37,285 bases of DNA from Fonticula-like sp. SCN 57-25 (Eukaryota): assembly GCA_001724245.1 (NCBI GenBank), contig MEDX01000035.1, forward strand, positions 1-37,285. The letters run 5' to 3'. The position numbers and the translations under genes are program-made. This document shows positions 31,627 through 37,285 of the stretch, piece by piece. The notes below the pieces were generated by a model. That model saw only the letters and a program-made list of their open reading frames with translations, was not told the origin of the DNA and did not search any database. How positions within the stretch are numbered: position 1 is the first letter of the stretch; the number at the start of each line of letters is the position of its first letter.

Positions 31627-34600
31627 ATGTGGATTCGGCCTGTATCGCGCGGGGCGTTCAATGAGGGAACCTCATGGGCCGATCTCGCCGCCAACAGGTA
31701 CGCCGCGCCGATCCCGGCCGACTCTCGCTGCGCATTTGCTGACATTCCCGGCTAGCCACTTTGCCCTTCAAAGTAGACGCGGGCTAACTGGCGTCGGCTT
31801 CTTCAAGAACCTCTTGTCGTCGGGGCCGCGCCAGTTGAACGACTACAAGTACAGAATTGTCCTTCGTCATTTTAATGCCAAGGATGTGTACTTGGTGGCC
31901 GTCGCTGATTCGCTCGACGACATTCACACGGACTGGCACTGGATCGAGCAGAACCTGTTTAGGAAAATTGGGCAGATCGAGGATGCGCAGGAGCTCTTTG
32001 ACTTTCTCATGAAGCAATTTGTTGAACTTGGGGAGACTGCGCAGGCCGGTACGAATGAACTTTTACTTTTTGCTCGTTTTTGTGACCAACATGCCGTACA
32101 GCCATGGTAGATCACGGCGAGGGCGCAGCGCGTTCCTCCGAGGAGCAGGACAACTTTTCGCGCACATTCGGCCTCAACGAGCCTCTTTTAGACTATAACG
32201 TGTGCAGCCTGGTCAGCGGCCAGTCGCGGCGCAACGGCGTGCTGTACCTCACCAACAATCATCTCTGCTTCCGCATCGACAATGAAGCTACGCTGCTTCT
32301 TTCGCTGCGCGACGTCGTGGCCGTCGAGCGCGCGCACGGGACGCACCTCTTGGACGGCGACCTCATCCGCGTGGCGACGCGGCAGCGCGCATGGCTCTTT
32401 GGCCCGTCTTCGCGGCGCGAAAAACTCTACAGTCTCATACACAGCGTGCGTGGCTTTGCTAACCCGTTTTAAATGCTCACCCGACGCGCAGCTTTGCGAC
32501 GTTGCCATGCGCCGCGTGGTCATCTCGACCGAGAACGACTACGACGCGCAGCTCGGTAACAGCGCGGCGGGCGGCGACGACCTCGCGGACGACACGACGT
32601 CGGCGTCGGGCGCCTTCAACGGCGGCGACGGTGCCGCACCGAGTGCGCCGAGCACAGCGAGCATGCCCGCCGACGTGCACTTTGCGGCATCTGTGCACGA
32701 TCTGGACGAGCAGTCGCGCAATCGGTTGTTCCGCGCGACGTTTAGGCTGCTCGCGTCGGAGCACATGCTCGCAAAGCACGAGGCGTCGCTGTGGTCGCCG
32801 CCGCTCAAAAAGTACACGCCCGGGCACGTGTTTATCTCGCAGGGGTTTCTCAGCTTTATCTCCGGAGGTACGATTTGTTTTGATGCTTTCATGGCATTAT
32901 GGCTTTATTGAGTAATTTGGTCTTTTTATGGCCGTTTTAATGTTCATATTACGGTTTCTTGTCATTCCATGCTCACTTGATGCCCTCACTAACCCCTTTT
33001 CCTTTCGTTTCCTCTATCGCAGATGTGCAGTGCATGCTTGTACTTCCGTTCTCCGAAGTGACGCACGTCAAGAAGCAGAGCTCCAACCTCCTCTTCCCCG
33101 ACTCCATGCAGCTCACCCTCCGCAGCAAGCGCTCCATTTACCTCTCTCGCCTCCAGAACCGCCAGGCCCTCTTTGACCTCGTCATGCAGCGCATGCGCAC
33201 TGTCGAGTTCCCGCGCAGCGACGTTGTTCCACCGTCTCCCTACGACGACGCGCCGCTCCACCACGCCGACAGCGTGCAGCTCGAGCCGACCGACCCCTCT
33301 GATGCCGCCTCTGCCTCTGTTGGCGCTTCCTCGACCGCGCTCGCAGCAAAGCCGTCGTCCGTCTCGCCGCTCAAGGTCGGCCTCAACTTTGTCGACCAGT
33401 TTGCGCCTACGCGCACCGCCGCGCAGCTTGCCGACGAGCAGGCTCGCCTGACCGCCTTTGAGGCGTACCTTGAAAAGAACGACTATGGCAACTGCATCAA
33501 CCGCGACCCCGACCTTCTCCGCATGGTAGCTCACGGCGTCCCCGCCGCGCACCGCGCTCGCTTCTGGCTTGTGATGAGCGGCGGCGCCTTTGACCGCCCC
33601 GCCGACCGCTACTACACGCGCCTTCTCGAGCGCAATGAGGGCCGCGACGGGCAGTCGATCCAGGATATTGACAAGGATCTTCACCGCGCGCTGCCCGAGC
33701 TGACCGCCTTCCGGTCGCCCGTCGGGACGGACGCGCTGCGCCGCGTGCTGGTGGCGTACGCGTGGCGCAACCCCGCGCTCGGCTACTGCCAGTCGATGAA
33801 CATTATCGCATCGGTGCTGCTGCTGCACATGGCCGAGGTTGACGCCTTTTGGGTGCTCACTGTGCTGTGTGAGCGGCTGCTGCCCGAGTACTATACAAAG
33901 TCGATGGTCGGCGCGGTGATTGACCAGCGCGTGTTTGACCGCCTCGTGGCGCGCTACCTGCCGTCGGTGCACGCGCGCCTGCGCCGCATCGGCGTCGACC
34001 TCAACCTCCTCTCGGTCCCGTGGTTCGTCTGCCTCTTCCTCAACGTGCTGCCGGTCGGCGCCGGCGCGCGCGTCCTCGACTGCTTCTTCATGTCGGGCCC
34101 GGCGTTCCTTTTTCAGCTCAGCCTCGCCGTGCTGCACGTAAACGAGCCGGCAATTCTGCGCTGCGAGGACGATGACGACATCATGCAGACGCTAAAGGGG
34201 TTCTTTGTGGCACGTGATGACGACCACCCCGAGAACGGCGACGCGAGGCCGCTCACGGACCTGCTGCAGGTGGCGCTCTTTGAGTATGGTCACGTGAGGC
34301 TTGCAGAGATTGATCGCGAGCGCAGGCGGTGCCGCATCGGGGCGGTGCACAACATGGAGGACTCGAATAGGAAGACGCAGCTGCGCGCATTGGAGGAAAT
34401 GACAAACTTTTCGTACCCAGAGCTCGGCTTTCTCTATGACGAGTTTAAAAAGGCAAAGTTTGCGGAAGGGTCAGTGGACAGCAAGAGTCTGACGCCGCGC
34501 GAGCTGAGGATCTTTTTGAGAAAGGTGCCGGTGTGGGCGTTCCCGGCGTGCAAGCCGCCCAAGACGGCAGCGTACGAATGGGTTGGGACGGAAAACATTG

Positions 34601-35582
34601 GTAGAGTGGTAGAGAAAAAGTGGTTTATATTGTGGTTTACATGGTTAAAGTATGGAAACGGTGTGTATTTTGGTGGTTTTTGTGGTGGTTTATCCGATAA
34701 AAGTCGAGTATCTTTTTTGGTTGGTGCATTGAACGTCAATTTACATGGTTGTGTATATTTGTTTTGATAAACATTTGTTTGCTGACACTCGTCATCAGTG
34801 GCGATGCGTCGACCGATCCCCTTCGCAAGCCATCGTCCGCCGCCCTCGCCGCCACCGCCGACGGCGAAGTGCCCGCCCTCGAGCTGCTCGACATTGACGA
34901 AGAGTCTGCCCCCGACACCTCGACCACCACCGCCCCCCCGCCGCCGTCCGCCGCGCAGCCGCTCCCCGACCTCATTGACCACATGTACGCGCACTGCGAC
35001 GCCGTCTCCAAGGGCGCCATCACGTTCATCACGGTCGTCAAGGTGCTCAATGTCATCTGCCGCGGCGCAGCGACGGAGCGACTCAAGCTGTTTTTTGACT
35101 TGCACGACCGCGATGGCGATGGCGTGCTGTCAAACGCAGAATTCACGGATGCAATGAACACGTACGCGAGGGTAAAGTGAGCGTGAATATGTGACTGACG
35201 AAGAGTAGAATTATGACGCTGGGGGGGAGCGATCAGGTGGCGAATGAAGAGGTGTTTTTGCAGGGCGTCTCGTCATTCATCAACCAATGTACGGCTGGAT
35301 TTTTTGATATTTTTAGGTAGAATGTGTTGTAATATGGTATTTGTTGGTCTTTTTATGGCCCTTTTTGTGGTACTCTGTCACTTTTCATTGTCTTTTCCTT
35401 GTCATTTGGCCATCTTTCCTGTGCCCTGCTAACGATTTCCTGCAGGCTATCGCATGACGGAAGGGTCTGATGAGCCGCTCCGCATCGCCCAGGCGGACTT
35501 TTTGCTCGCCGCACTTTCGCAGCCCGCCATTGTCGGCTACTTTAACGCGTCGCGGCTGCTCGTCGTCGTCGGGCAAAACTGA
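31627..35582 (+). CDS. TBC1D8/TBC1D9-like Rab GAP (GRAM-GRAM-TBC-EF-hand, ~1070 aa)
   Basis: Exons 31627-31697, 31756-32048, 32102-32445, 32492-32867, 33023-34571, 34799-35161, 35209-35288, 35446-35582. N-terminus MWIRP...W...AN.HFALQ.RRG as in TBC1D9. Arg finger IDKDLHRALP, Gln finger GYCQSMN, EF-hand DRDGDGVLSNAEF, C-terminal FLLAALSQPAIVGYF. Confidence 0.92.
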
Positions 35583-35807
35583 GACGGACATTTCGCATAT
35601 CATTATGTTTATATAAATAAAGTATGATATCCAGTTGCCCTGGGTATCCAATGGTACAAAAATGGAGAGGCAAGGTCGGCGCGGCCAATGGGAGCGCTGC
35701 AATGCAGCACGCGCACGGCCGAAGCGCGCCTTTGAACGTCCCCTTTCACATAATCTTATGCACGCAAAATAGCTAGATTCCTACGGCACAGACTCGCTGC
35801 GCAAACA

Positions 35808-35945
35808 TGCACAAAAAATTTCCCATGCATGCACAAATTCACACTTCGAGTGCATAAAATTCCACTTTTCAATTGACAAATTCCACTTGACAAATTGCCC
35901 GTTTCACTGCACAAATCTCAAATTCACATTCCAAATTGCACCTTC
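35808..35945. repeat. Degenerate direct-repeat array with a (TGCAC)AAATT(CCAC)-like core
   Basis: About 8 imperfect copies, including tgcacaaattcacactt, tgcataaaattccacttt, ttgacaaattccactt, gacaaattg and tgcacaaatctc, between convergent gene ends. Confidence 0.5.
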
Positions 35946-36025
35946 TCACCTTTCACAGCCATGTACGCCACACGTGCCTATAAAACACTGGCCATTTCCC
36001 TCATTTCCTTTCACTTTCACCCACT

Positions 36026-37285
36026 TTACCCCTGCAATACTCCCCGCCAGTCGACGCCATCCACCCCATCGTAAATGTCCGCCACCGGCCACGGCTCTGT
36101 AATAATCTTCACCGGCGCCCTTTCCCTCCTCTTGAGCGCCCCCGCCGACAGCGCCCCCGGGTACATCCTCTCAAACACCTCTTTCGTCCAGCACCTTTCC
36201 CCAAACATTGGCAAGCTCGCGAGTACCGACAGCCCGTACCAAACAATCTCTGGCACGTCGTACGGCGCGCGCACCGCCGCAAACGCCGACATTGGCACGC
36301 CGAGCTCGGCCGCGAGCCGCTCCTTGAACCCCGCCGCGCCCGCCGACCCACCCACAAGCACAATATTCGACATTAAAAACTGCTGCTGCTCGGGCGAAAA
36401 CTGCGCCACGGCGTCGCGCACGAGGTCCTGCACGGGCGGCCCCTCTGGCTGGTCGCCCGTCGTGTTTGTATAGTCTGTGAGCCGCCGCAGCTCGGACGGC
36501 CGGAAAAACGCCTCGAGCACGAGGTGCAGCTCGTCGGCGAGCTCGATTGTGCGGTCGGGCGCGATGCGGATCTCCTGCGGCGGCGCGTCAAGCGAGAGGG
36601 AAGTCGACGGCGGGCGGACGTACGTGCGCGTCTCTTTAATCATTTTGAGGCTGTAGAGCTGCTCGATGCTGGCGGGGGTGAAGCCGCGCGCGCGGGAGAG
36701 GTCGACGATGGCGTTGGAGACGGAGCTGCCGCCGACGAGGACGGAGCGCGTGTGGGCGCGCTGCACGGGGGAAGAAGGAAAGACGGGCGTCACGCGAGTG
36801 GAGCCAAATCCGACATCCTATAGGAGAAAGTAAAGGAAAATTGGGTGGAAAGGTAAGAGAAAAGGTGGAAATATAGAAGAGTATGAGTATGAGTAAGAGT
36901 AAGAGTATGAGTATGAGTATGGGTATGATGAAGGTATGAGTATGAGTATGAGCATGAGTATGAGTATGAGTAAGAGTAAAGTATGATTAAGAGTAAGAAA
37001 TGATCAATAGTAAAAGTATAAGGACAAGCACAGAAAAACACTTTTGTTAGCATCATAATATAAAATCTCGAATTACGCACCACAATAAGCCCCCCCGGCA
37101 ACCCCACCGCCGCGAGCGCCGCATCGTGCACCTCGACAATCTTGACATACGGCACATTAAACGTATTCAACAATATCGACAGCAGATTCACCTGCGTCTG
37201 CGCATACACAACATCATCCACGAGCGGCGACTGCCACCTCGCCATTGTGACGCACACCGCCTGCGACTGCGGCGGCACGCACAGC
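36026..37285 (-). CDS. Divergent actin-related protein, 5' end outside the window
   Basis: Exons >37285-37081 and 36817-36026. LLNTFNVPYV...AALAAVGLPGGLIV|DVGFGSTRVTPVF (phosphate-2), VGGSSVSNAI, IKE, EAFFRPS, NIVLVGGSAGAAGFKERLAAEL (adenosine motif) and VWYGLSVLASL follow actin-fold order. Confidence 0.85.
36879..36996. repeat. Imperfect hexanucleotide microsatellite (GAGTAW)n inside the actin-related gene intron
   Basis: About 20 units of GAGTAT/GAGTAA with a few variants. Confidence 0.95.

Noticed and set aside
36879..36996. Hexamer repeat as a telomere or CRISPR array
   Set aside because: It lies inside an intron, is not TTAGGG-like and has no unique spacers.
36790..37080. ORF with YSYSYS/HTHTHT runs
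   Set aside because: It is a translation of the intronic microsatellite. Only the part upstream of the 37080 donor is real exon.

Overview
This is eukaryotic nuclear DNA from a very compact, GC-rich genome. I find 19 protein-coding genes (the last truncated by the window edge) and no tRNA, rRNA, CRISPR array or transposase. I reconstructed 41 spliceosomal introns by eye. Donors are mostly GTACGY/GTGCGY, branch points are CTRAC-like, and 34 introns are 44-62 bp. Gene order: TLK(+), BUD32(-), NUDT17-like(+), GST-like membrane protein(-), mitochondrial thioredoxin(+), RPA12(-), Rsa3-domain(-), MTHFR(-), SKI3(+), CBS-domain(-), INTS2(-), CCDC22(+), SDR(-), CCT5(-), PRP19(+), RRN7(-), GT49-like(-), TBC1D9-like(+), divergent actin-related protein(-, partial). 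Animal-type genes (TLK, INTS2, CCDC22, NUDT17) sit beside fungal-type features (Met13-like MTHFR N-terminus, Rsa3 domain). This suggests a unicellular opisthokont or early-branching holomycotan, which is inference only. The most unusual signals are non-coding: a dyad promoter element GCAAACTG-N4-CAGWTTGCATCG present three times, very short bidirectional promoters with roughly helically phased direct repeats, two long introns sharing an exact 17-mer, an intron with a ~220-nt AG-free microsatellite after its branch point, and a competing non-productive donor in the MTHFR intron. All family calls come from remembered motifs, not database searches.
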